Shown here piece by piece: positions 19,480 to 27,353 of a stretch of 43,386 nt of DNA (position 1 is the first letter of the stretch; each line of letters opens with the position of its first letter). The DNA is taken from the IMG/VR virus record IMGVR_UViG_3300045988_088603, positions 1-43,386 of that record, one strand, 5' to 3'. A model generated the notes under the pieces. That model was not told the DNA's origin. It did no database searches and was given only the letters and a program-made list of their open reading frames with translations. The translations under genes were made by a program, and so were the position numbers. The DNA comes from a virus.

Positions 19480-19511
19480 TATAAAAATACCACCTGACAT
19501 TGATCAGATGG
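19480..19511 (-). terminator. Rho-independent terminator after the 54-aa zinc-ribbon ORF
   Basis: On the minus strand, CCATCTGA-TCAATG-TCAGGTGG (one G-U pair) is followed by TATTTTTAT. Confidence 0.6.
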
Positions 19512-19514
19512 CGT

Positions 19515-19679
19515 TTAATCTAAATTAAGTTTTTCTTTACATGCATCACAATAAAATGATTTTGTTGTTTTTGGATTTCCAACTGGTACTAACTTTCCTT
19601 TTTTGCATAATGGACAAGTTGCTTCTTGCCCTTGTCTTACTTTTTTAATTGCTTCATCAACTTCATCCCAAAATCTCAT
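19515..19679 (-). CDS. Small zinc-ribbon protein (54 aa), below the ORF-track cutoff
   Basis: SD GGAGGTGA lies 7 nt before the ATG. The product is MRFWDEVDEAIKKVRQGQEATCPLCKKGKLVPVGNPKTTKSFYCDACKEKLNLD, with CxxC...CxxC. It starts 6 nt after the MuF stop. Confidence 0.6.
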   Translation of the reverse strand: MRFWDEVDEAIKKVRQGQEATCPLCKKGKLVPVGNPKTTKSFYCDACKEKLNLD

Positions 19680-19685
19680 ATATAA

Positions 19686-21356
19686 TCACCTCCACGGTAA
19701 TTCTGGATACAATTCTTTTATTTCTTTAATTATACTTCTTAATTCATCTGCAGTCAATGTATTACGGCGATACTTATGTTTTAACTCCTGAGCTCTGCAA
19801 ACGCATTCTGACCACTGTGATCCACCAATATCATATCGATGATGTGTTATTTCATGAATCAATGTTTCAGCGGTTTTTTCAATTGTTTTTGTGTCTGATG
19901 CATAAATACGAATATTATCTTTCCATTGCTTTCCGTATAACTTATCTGGATTATCAACATGATATGCTAATTCTATATTAATTTCTGGATGATCAACAAT
20001 ATATTTCATTGTCTCTTTTCCAATGTCGGACTTATTCAAATTTCTCTGAACGCTCCAATGATTGATCAGATCCTTTTGTCCTAAATTAAAATCAGTTAAT
20101 CGTTCTGTAAATTTAGATTCATTGACTTTTGTTTTTCTATTACTCCATACAGCTTTCTGTGCAACACTACGACCAAATCCAACGATATCTCCTGCTTTGT
20201 TCTTCACCGCATGGATCTGAACTCTGGCAGACTCATATCGCCTTCCTGTTTCTTTGCAGAAAGCTTTTAATACTGCTTCCTGTTTCTTTAATCTCACAGA
20301 TTCTTCATTAAACCGATTCTGTAAAGTATTTTTTAAGGTATCATCTTTCGCTTCACTGATCGCTGAATTATATCCAGCAAGTTTCCTCTTTGTCTCTCTG
20401 ATCTGTCGTTCATGACCTCTCTGCATCTGGCTCGCTTCATACTCTGTAAATTGCTTTCCGTTGTATTCTACGTTCTTTGCAGAATAATCATCTAGTATCT
20501 CTTGCGTATATGCTGGTGTCGATATTCCTGGGAAGAATGCGTGGAAGTTATGACGGCAATTCCAACCACATAAACCTGGTCCTGTACCATATCCTGTTGC
20601 TTCATAGAAGTTTTCATATTTTGGATCAGTCCCAGATAAACAAAAGACCTTCCCTTGCCATACGGCATGTTCCGGTCTTGCTCCTTCATGTGCAGTTGTT
20701 TCAACATAATCACAGTTCTGATCTTTTGCGTATTGCAAGTTCATTTCTGCTGCAGTCTGGTTTACTCCGGTAAGTACAGCTCTTCTTACCGCGACATCTA
20801 ATTTATCGACATGCTGTGACGGATATAAGACTTCTGTTCCCCGCACTGCTGCCTCTCTGATCGCATCTGCAATTGCTTTGTCATAACTGAATGCTCCAGA
20901 ACTAACTTTCATCTGTGCTCTATTACAAGCTTGTATGTAAGCTGACTGTGATCTTACTGCGGTTGTCATCGTGAGATTATCAAGTTCCTGGCATGTTTTT
21001 CTGATATTTGCTTGCAAGATTCTCTGCATTCCATTGGACTGATTTAACTTAATATCTTCTTTGCCTGCCTGTTTGTAATATACAGCCTCGTTCTTTAAGT
21101 TCCTAACACCTGCTTCTTCATACATTCTCTGAACTTCATGCTTTTGATATCCAGATACCTGACTTACTCGCTTGATCGTATCTTTATAAACAAGACCTGC
21201 ATTCTGTAAAACTTCAGCCTGATGTTTCGTTGACTCTGATACATTTCCCATCTTTACGATTCTTTTTGCCATATCAGATATGATCGCTATTGTCAGAGTG
21301 TCAATGATGCCAAGTAACTGATCGGAGAACTTTTCCAAATACTTCGGATCAAGCAT
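19686..21356 (-). CDS. Minor head protein, MuF / SPP1 gp7 family, with C-terminal HExxH metallopeptidase-like extension
   Basis: 556 aa. The MuF core motif is GPGLCGWNCRHNFHAFFPG. An extra region of about 170 aa ends with TLIHEITHHRYD (HExxH). The gene follows the portal gene. Confidence 0.8.
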   Translation of the reverse strand: MLDPKYLEKFSDQLLGIIDTLTIAIISDMAKRIVKMGNVSESTKHQAEVLQNAGLVYKDTIKRVSQVSGYQKHEVQRMYEEAGVRNLKNEAVYYKQAGKEDIKLNQSNGMQRILQANIRKTCQELDNLTMTTAVRSQSAYIQACNRAQMKVSSGAFSYDKAIADAIREAAVRGTEVLYPSQHVDKLDVAVRRAVLTGVNQTAAEMNLQYAKDQNCDYVETTAHEGARPEHAVWQGKVFCLSGTDPKYENFYEATGYGTGPGLCGWNCRHNFHAFFPGISTPAYTQEILDDYSAKNVEYNGKQFTEYEASQMQRGHERQIRETKRKLAGYNSAISEAKDDTLKNTLQNRFNEESVRLKKQEAVLKAFCKETGRRYESARVQIHAVKNKAGDIVGFGRSVAQKAVWSNRKTKVNESKFTERLTDFNLGQKDLINHWSVQRNLNKSDIGKETMKYIVDHPEINIELAYHVDNPDKLYGKQWKDNIRIYASDTKTIEKTAETLIHEITHHRYDIGGSQWSECVCRAQELKHKYRRNTLTADELRSIIKEIKELYPELPWR

Positions 21357-21366
21357 CTGTGATCAC

Positions 21367-22758
21367 CTACTCTTCCTGGATGGTAAAACGATCATCCTGT
21401 GCCGGCATCATTTTCAATGCTTCTTCCTCAGATACGCCATACTTGGCCGCAATGTATATTTCTTTTCGGATCAGTCCTGCAGTTGCATCCTGCTGCATAC
21501 TCTGCAGTTCCTGTTCTTTATCGATCACGATCGAATCGTCCCAGTCAAAACTGATCTCGTATTTCTTGCCACCATTCAGGTTCGCAAGTTGTGCGATCAC
21601 ATCCATTGCATAGACTAATTGTTCTAATGCTTTTTGCAATGCTTTTTGAATATCAGATACTGTACTATATGATCGCTGTTTGCTTGCCTTAATTTCTTCT
21701 GCAGTCTTATCGACTGTGTTTGGATCACTTAAAGTTCCATAGGCGAGACCTACGTTAAACTCAATTCTTCTAAGGATCGTATTGAATCCATTGATAAGAC
21801 TTTCGTCACGGATCGGTGGTGCAAACACTTTGTACTGGTCACGATCCTCGTCAAAGTCCATCATCCGAAAGAGTCTTTCTTTTCCTTTCGGAAGGTCAAA
21901 TTCTCCATTTTCCTTTCGCTTAAATAATCCAATATCTGCATCGATTGCCAGTTCGGATCCCTCATATTCCCATAAGATTCTCGTCCATTGATAATCAGCT
22001 TCTTTGATATCATCGATTGCTCTGGAATATACAGATACTCCCAACGGAGATGAATCATCGACATTATTTGCATTTGGTATCTTGAAGTATGCGAATAACG
22101 GCTTTTTCACGTTTAAGATCGTGACAGCTTCTTCCAGATTTTCCCACTCTGGTACAGCACTAAGCGGTACTTCTTTTCCTAATACCTCAACATTATCAAG
22201 ATCCTGTCTTACAAAAGCCTTATTCATAATGTGATATGTAGTGTTCTCATCATGCTGATGGTATTCCAATCTTGTATATACCTGTTTCCCGATCGTTACA
22301 GTTTCCATAAAGACCGCTGCGATAACTTCCCCTCTGGAATTAAATTTCGTTGGGAAAAAGTGATCAGCTTGGACCATGTCAACTTCAATGTGTCCGTCAG
22401 AAACATAAGGCTTCATTGCAAGTCCGCCTTTTGCACAGGCATATTCCGTATACGTTCGTATGTTATCAGTCACGGTTTGGTATTCATCGTTAAGAAACTT
22501 GTTCCCTGTAATCTCTGTTTTTAATTCCAGTGTAACAAGCCTTGCAAATTCTCCAGCAATAGCTGCAGGTAATCCGCAAAGTTTTAGTTCTTTTCTTTTC
22601 CACGGCGGTTGATTTTTATACATCTTCGACCAGAGATCAATTTCTCTTGCCATCTTGTCTGATACGGCAACATCAACTCCGATCGCATCCCTGATATTTT
22701 CTTTTCCAAGCATTTTTCTTATCACCTGCCTTATTCGCTCAATAATTTCTTTTATCAT
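21367..22758 (-). CDS. Portal protein (SPP1 gp6-like)
   Basis: 463 aa, between terL and the MuF gene. Confidence 0.85.
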   Translation of the reverse strand: MIKEIIERIRQVIRKMLGKENIRDAIGVDVAVSDKMAREIDLWSKMYKNQPPWKRKELKLCGLPAAIAGEFARLVTLELKTEITGNKFLNDEYQTVTDNIRTYTEYACAKGGLAMKPYVSDGHIEVDMVQADHFFPTKFNSRGEVIAAVFMETVTIGKQVYTRLEYHQHDENTTYHIMNKAFVRQDLDNVEVLGKEVPLSAVPEWENLEEAVTILNVKKPLFAYFKIPNANNVDDSSPLGVSVYSRAIDDIKEADYQWTRILWEYEGSELAIDADIGLFKRKENGEFDLPKGKERLFRMMDFDEDRDQYKVFAPPIRDESLINGFNTILRRIEFNVGLAYGTLSDPNTVDKTAEEIKASKQRSYSTVSDIQKALQKALEQLVYAMDVIAQLANLNGGKKYEISFDWDDSIVIDKEQELQSMQQDATAGLIRKEIYIAAKYGVSEEEALKMMPAQDDRFTIQEE

Positions 22759-22762
22759 TTAA

Positions 22763-24028
22763 TCAACTCCATTTTCGTTCACGTCTTACGATCGTGTAAG
22801 CAAAATATCTCACTGCATCCATGCAATGATCATGCTGCTTCACTGGTTTATCTTCTCCACGTTCCAATGCCTTATCATCCCAGATATAAGAGCCGAACTC
22901 TTTGATTGTTTCTTTACAACATTCAGAGAACAGTAATACACCTAGATTTAACAGATTTCCAACAAATCGAATACCATCAAGTACATCATTCTTTGCTTTC
23001 TTAACCTTAAATCCTCGTTTCTTAAGCTCTGCGATAAAGGATGCTGCTGCCGGATCGACAATGATCGATTCAACATTGATTCCTTCCAGGAACTCTTCCA
23101 TGTCATCTGCATACTCTCCGTCTGTCTTCTGCGTAGTCTCATCTCGGCCAGAATAGTAATATTCCTTTGTAGCAACCCACTGTCCCTTGTGATTCTTTTC
23201 CCACAGAAGATATACTGTCGCATTCTGTGTACCATAATCGACACTGACGTATTTACTGCCGGTTGTTGACTGCTTTTCTGATGTGACATGCTTTTCTATA
23301 TTAAACATGTCGTAAATAATTCCCTCAGCTACGGCCCACAGACCTAAGATATAACGCTTATAAAACACTCCGGTATACATTGCTCGATATCGTGCTTTAA
23401 TTCGCTCAGATAAGCTTAAATTGTCGTCCATCGTAAAGTGTAGATAGACAAGTTTCTTTTCATCTGCACGATCAATCCAGTTAGTTTTAAACCAGTGATA
23501 CGGCCCATCTGGGTTACAGTTGAACCAGTATTTAGATCCATCAACAGAACAACGTCCTGTTGCCTGGTCAACAAAAGATTCAGGCATCAATGCAACTTCA
23601 TCAAAAAAGACTCCTGCAAGTGTGATACCCTGTATCAAATCCTGTGATCGCTCATCCTTACCGCCAAAGATGTAAAAAAAATTCTCTTTGCCACCTCTTC
23701 GGATAACAACTAAATTATCAGCTCTATGATCTTCAACGTGATACCCTCGACTCTTAAGCATAAGCTTTAACCAAAAGAGTACGTTTCTCCGGAAAGAACC
23801 GATCGTCTTACCACACATACCAAAATTCTGTCCATTGAACGTTTCCATTGCCCACATTGCAAAGGACAAGCACATAGAAACAGTTTTTCCCGATCGGATA
23901 GCCCCATCGGCTATGATTCCATCTTGATCATATACGGGTGAATTGGGCAGCCACCAGGTAAGTATCTTTTTCTGCTTCTTAGAGAACGGCCGAAACTTAA
24001 AGACAGCTTTCTTTATTCTTCTTCCCAT
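22763..24028 (-). CDS. terL: Terminase large subunit
   Basis: 421 aa with Walker A (GAIRSGKT) and Walker B-like (VFFDEV) motifs and a C-terminal nuclease region. It overlaps terS. Confidence 0.9.
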   Translation of the reverse strand: MGRRIKKAVFKFRPFSKKQKKILTWWLPNSPVYDQDGIIADGAIRSGKTVSMCLSFAMWAMETFNGQNFGMCGKTIGSFRRNVLFWLKLMLKSRGYHVEDHRADNLVVIRRGGKENFFYIFGGKDERSQDLIQGITLAGVFFDEVALMPESFVDQATGRCSVDGSKYWFNCNPDGPYHWFKTNWIDRADEKKLVYLHFTMDDNLSLSERIKARYRAMYTGVFYKRYILGLWAVAEGIIYDMFNIEKHVTSEKQSTTGSKYVSVDYGTQNATVYLLWEKNHKGQWVATKEYYYSGRDETTQKTDGEYADDMEEFLEGINVESIIVDPAAASFIAELKKRGFKVKKAKNDVLDGIRFVGNLLNLGVLLFSECCKETIKEFGSYIWDDKALERGEDKPVKQHDHCMDAVRYFAYTIVRRERKWS

Positions 24029-24891
24029 ACATCTGCCACCTCACCTTTTAAGGCTTCGATGAATCCATCATCTTCTGTCTCTTCTTCGGATGTTCCGGAC
24101 ATGATCGCTGTCTTAGCTCTGATCTGCTCAATCTTAGCTTTCTGTTCAGCTGTAGCAATGTCCATATGGTCTGCAAGCCATTGCAAAGCTTTCATCTTAT
24201 CAACCAGCTTAATACTCGCTCCGTCTTTTCCTTGCTTCACTTCCGTGATCAGTGTTCCATCAACATCTTCAGATTGTTTGAATTTCACAGTATTGACTTC
24301 TTTTTCGAGAACTTCTTTTTCTCCAGTTTCTTTGTTTTCTACCATTACTGGACCAAAAGCACCCATAACTTGAATATTTTCTCGCCCAAACGATACATAA
24401 TCTGTTACATCCGCAAATGCAATGTCCATAAACTTTTGAAAGATATCTTCCTGCTTTAGCAATTCTCTGTTCATATGATTCTGCTTTAGCTGTTCAATCT
24501 CTTTTCTGATCACTTGATTCTTCATAAGCCTGCTTCCTAATACGGCAGCAGATGCATAAGTACATCCTGGATAAGCTTTCATGTAAGCTTTCGTGTAATT
24601 AAACATCCTGGATTGATACAAACAAAAAAGCTGCTGCTGATCGGTAAGTTCATCGTTGATCACGACCTGACTTACATCCTCTGCAACAGCTTCTTTTTTG
24701 TGTGCACCCTTTTTATTTTGTGTGCACCCCTTTTGGATGCATCCTGTCTTTTTGTTCCTCGACCATGCGTATCGTTTCTTCCACGATTTCACAGTGTTCA
24801 TCGAGACTCCATACTTGGCAGCAATGCCTTTATACTTCATTCCGGCCACATAATCGGATTCTGCCAATATGTAGTTTTTTTCTTCATTCAA
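24013..24891 (-). CDS. terS: Terminase small subunit (Terminase_2-like) with N-terminal HTH
   Basis: 292 aa. The HTH is GIAAKYGVSMNTVKSWKKRY. The segment QQLFCLYQSRMFNYTKAYMKAYPG is typical of small terminases. Confidence 0.8.
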   Translation of the reverse strand: MNEEKNYILAESDYVAGMKYKGIAAKYGVSMNTVKSWKKRYAWSRNKKTGCIQKGCTQNKKGAHKKEAVAEDVSQVVINDELTDQQQLFCLYQSRMFNYTKAYMKAYPGCTYASAAVLGSRLMKNQVIRKEIEQLKQNHMNRELLKQEDIFQKFMDIAFADVTDYVSFGRENIQVMGAFGPVMVENKETGEKEVLEKEVNTVKFKQSEDVDGTLITEVKQGKDGASIKLVDKMKALQWLADHMDIATAEQKAKIEQIRAKTAIMSGTSEEETEDDGFIEALKGEVADVWEEE

Positions 24892-24921
24892 ACATTACCA
24901 CCTTCTTTCTTATTTCTTAAA

Positions 24922-24995
24922 TGGACCTCCAGGGACTCGAACCCCGGACCGATCGGTTATGAGCCGACTGCTCTGACCAGCTGAGCTAGAGGTCC
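24922..24995 (-). tRNA. tRNA with CAU anticodon (Met, or Ile2 if lysidine-modified)
   Basis: A 74-nt cloverleaf was folded by hand: acceptor GGACCTC/GAGGTCC, D-arm GCTC-AGCTGGTCA-GAGC, anticodon arm GTCGG-CTCATAA-CCGAT, T-arm CGGGG-TTCGAGT-CCCTG, discriminator A. No CCA is encoded. Confidence 0.85.
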
Positions 24996-25017
24996 TTATG
25001 CCGGATTACTCCGGCTT

Positions 25018-25533
25018 TTATTCTACAAACATCCAATCTTCTGCTAACATATCTGCCTGGCTTGCTAACCATCCCATTTGTACGCCAGACGTGCCGATAA
25101 ACGCAATTGCTTTATTTCCAATATCATTGTGATCACAATTAACGATCGTTCCATCTGCTGCCTTAAATGAAATACATGTTGCAAGCTGAATATACTGGTT
25201 CTTTCCGTTCCAACCTATTCTTTTAACTTTAAGGCCACGTTTCAAATATTTAATAGCATCCCCAAAGCTAAATGTAGCCACTCCACCAAGCACAGGACAG
25301 TTCTCTGGATTTGCCACAATCCATTCATTGGATAAGATGTTAGAAAGTGTGTACTCAACTCTCTGTGTCTCTCTAATATCAAGTAGATCTCCCTGTCCTT
25401 TGTCAGTGTCCTTCGGTCTGCACTGCATCATAACCGTTTCTTTCTCTGCATCCCAGTACCAGTATCCGCCCCAGGATGGAAGTTTTACCCTATGACCTTT
25501 TTTCATTAATTCAAATGCATCTTTAAAATTCAT
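25018..25533 (-). CDS. Tandem DUF2829 (Tad2-like) protein
   Basis: The second half, FSFGDAIKYLKRGLKVKRIGWNGKNQYIQL...GWLASQADMLAEDWMFVE, is a textbook DUF2829 signature. The first half (MNFKDAFELMKKGHRVKLPSWGGYWYW...LSNILSNEWIVA) is a diverged copy. The start at 25533 is preferred over 25596 because a terminator-like hairpin occupies 25561-25590. Confidence 0.75.
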   Translation of the reverse strand: MNFKDAFELMKKGHRVKLPSWGGYWYWDAEKETVMMQCRPKDTDKGQGDLLDIRETQRVEYTLSNILSNEWIVANPENCPVLGGVATFSFGDAIKYLKRGLKVKRIGWNGKNQYIQLATCISFKAADGTIVNCDHNDIGNKAIAFIGTSGVQMGWLASQADMLAEDWMFVE

Positions 25534-25560
25534 ATCTCTTTCCTTTCTCAATTTAGACAT

Positions 25561-25590
25561 AAAAAGACCCGGGGTCCGAAGATCACCCGA
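25561..25590 (-). terminator. GC-rich imperfect hairpin with UUCG loop plus T-run after the 4-TM gene
   Basis: The minus strand reads CGGGTGATC-TTCG-GACCCCG (two bulges) followed by GGTCTTTTT. Confidence 0.45.
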
Positions 25591-25604
25591 GTTCATTCTA
25601 TCTG

Positions 25605-26156
25605 TTATTTTATACTTTTATTCAATTCATCCATTACTTGTTTCTGATCTTCAGACATATCTGAATTTATAGTTTTTCCTTCTTTAATCCCGCTATCATC
25701 AGAAAAAATCAATTCTAGCATATATTTAATGCTTCTATATGTCAGAATCATAAAAAGAAGGAAAAAATAAATCCATAAATAAAAACTATACGTTCTTACT
25801 TGTTTTTGAAAACTTTCATTAAAATACATAAAAACTGTTACGGTTGCACTAAAAAGACCCACCACCACTGTTCCTTTTATATATTTTTGAAACAGTTTAT
25901 TAGTATCTTTTTGAAATACACGCATAACAAATTTAGATTCTTTCTTCATCCCCATGATTACTGGCATTATTGCACCGAAGAACCCAACAATTAAACCTGT
26001 CATGGTTAGTACACTATCTAAAGCATCATATAAATGTTTATCGTTTATATAATTTATTTTACTTCCCCACAACAGCACAACTACAATTAAGCTTAAAACA
26101 TATGGATAACCTCTTTCTAAATAATATGCTATTGGATTCCATCTATTTTTTTTCAT
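25605..26156 (-). CDS. Four-TM membrane protein (183 aa), second gene of the accessory cassette
   Basis: Hydrophobic helices are YPYVLSLIVVVLLWG, LTMTGLIVGFFGAIMPVIMGM, GTVVVGLFSATVTVFMYF and SFYLWIYFFLLFMILTY. The gene is AT-rich and lies 12 nt after the upstream gene. Confidence 0.8.
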   Translation of the reverse strand: MKKNRWNPIAYYLERGYPYVLSLIVVVLLWGSKINYINDKHLYDALDSVLTMTGLIVGFFGAIMPVIMGMKKESKFVMRVFQKDTNKLFQKYIKGTVVVGLFSATVTVFMYFNESFQKQVRTYSFYLWIYFFLLFMILTYRSIKYMLELIFSDDSGIKEGKTINSDMSEDQKQVMDELNKSIK

Positions 26157-26168
26157 TTAACCATCACC

Positions 26169-27080
26169 CTATTCCATTGATAGAAATTTATGTAATTCCT
26201 CTCTTTTTTCAACAAAACAGCGTACCATTCTTTTATATATCACGTCCGTGTCTAGGGTTTCTCGACTTTTTAAAGTAAATTCTATTTTATCGCTTGTTAC
26301 ATTATCAAATAAATCGATAACTTCAGCTGTAGTATCATCATCGTCCTTTACTGTAATTTTAGCCCCACTTACATGGTGACTGTCTTCTCTCACATCATTG
26401 ATTATATTTTGAACAGTATATCTGTCTAAAGTTTCTATGCCAGAACGACCTAAACTTATTGTCACATGTGCGCAAACTCCTCCAACATTTGCACATGACT
26501 TTATTAGTTTACCCAATGGCTTTTTGTCATCTGTATATAATTGATTTAAATTTGCAAATGAAATATCAATCTTTTTATAATAGTCCCTCTCAAAAGCTTT
26601 TTCATCAAGAACAAAACTAATAGGCGACAAAATAAATTTCTCATCCCTATTACCGTTTAAATCAGTTACAATCTCTTGGAATTTTGTAGGTGATATAGAA
26701 AATCTATTCATTTGAAACATTATTATTCCAGTTTCTCTTTCGTAAACAAAAGATACATCTTCTCCTATATACTCGTCATCATCTAAATGTAGCGGCTCTG
26801 CTTCAGTATTTTCCTTGACTTTTGATGGAATATTAGTATCTCTCATTTTCATTAATTTAACATACCATAAACCATAGTCCTTGTTTGTGATCATCTTTTC
26901 AATTCGATATTTTAATCCTGAATGCTCAATTTCTCTTGTTTTAACAATTACTCCTCGTCTATATAAATTAGCTAATAATTCACCTAAATCAAAAACTTTC
27001 GGACTTGACCATTCGCCGTTGTCTATGTAGCTTTTTCTGATCTGATAATAATTAAATTTTATTGTTCTCTTATATTCCAT
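26169..27080 (-). CDS. Soluble 303-aa protein of unknown function, first gene of the accessory cassette
   Basis: Long uninterrupted AT-rich ORF with a GGGAG SD. I recognise no catalytic motif. Confidence 0.8.
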   Translation of the reverse strand: MEYKRTIKFNYYQIRKSYIDNGEWSSPKVFDLGELLANLYRRGVIVKTREIEHSGLKYRIEKMITNKDYGLWYVKLMKMRDTNIPSKVKENTEAEPLHLDDDEYIGEDVSFVYERETGIIMFQMNRFSISPTKFQEIVTDLNGNRDEKFILSPISFVLDEKAFERDYYKKIDISFANLNQLYTDDKKPLGKLIKSCANVGGVCAHVTISLGRSGIETLDRYTVQNIINDVREDSHHVSGAKITVKDDDDTTAEVIDLFDNVTSDKIEFTLKSRETLDTDVIYKRMVRCFVEKREELHKFLSME

Positions 27081-27178
27081 TTTTATCTACTCCCGTGCGA
27101 TCATCATTTTTTTACATTTTAGCACTATTTGGTATCTTATACTACATAATTCGATAAAAAAATTAAACGCACCGTAAT

Positions 27179-27229
27179 ACAGAACATATGTTCTGTTTTT
27201 ATTATATACACATTTTTCAAGATATTCAA
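27179..27229 (-). promoter_or_regulatory. Sigma-A-type promoter plus 18-bp palindromic operator/5' hairpin for the cassette
   Basis: On the minus strand, TTGAAT (27229-27224), a 17-nt spacer and TATAAT (27206-27201) are followed by the perfect palindrome ACAGAACATATGTTCTGT (27196-27179). Confidence 0.6.
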
Positions 27230-27238
27230 TACAAATAC

Positions 27239-27266
27239 ACAAAAAGAACACCGCATTTCTGCGATG
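27239..27266 (-). terminator. Rho-independent terminator after the late-regulator gene
   Basis: On the minus strand, CATCGCA-GAAA-TGCGGTG (one G-U pair) is followed by TTCTTTTTGTG. Confidence 0.6.
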
Positions 27267-27353
27267 CTCAAAAAAAATTTGCACGGGACGATTGATTGGA
27301 CTCTATCCAATTTCCTCAAGTATAACTATAACACACTTTTTTGTTTAATTTGT

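Noticed and set aside
27087-27319. Minus-strand ORFs of 65 and 60 aa in the AT-rich gap upstream of the cassette
   Set aside because: They overlap each other, span the terminator, promoter hexamers and palindrome identified there, and lack SDs. The region is better explained as regulatory DNA.
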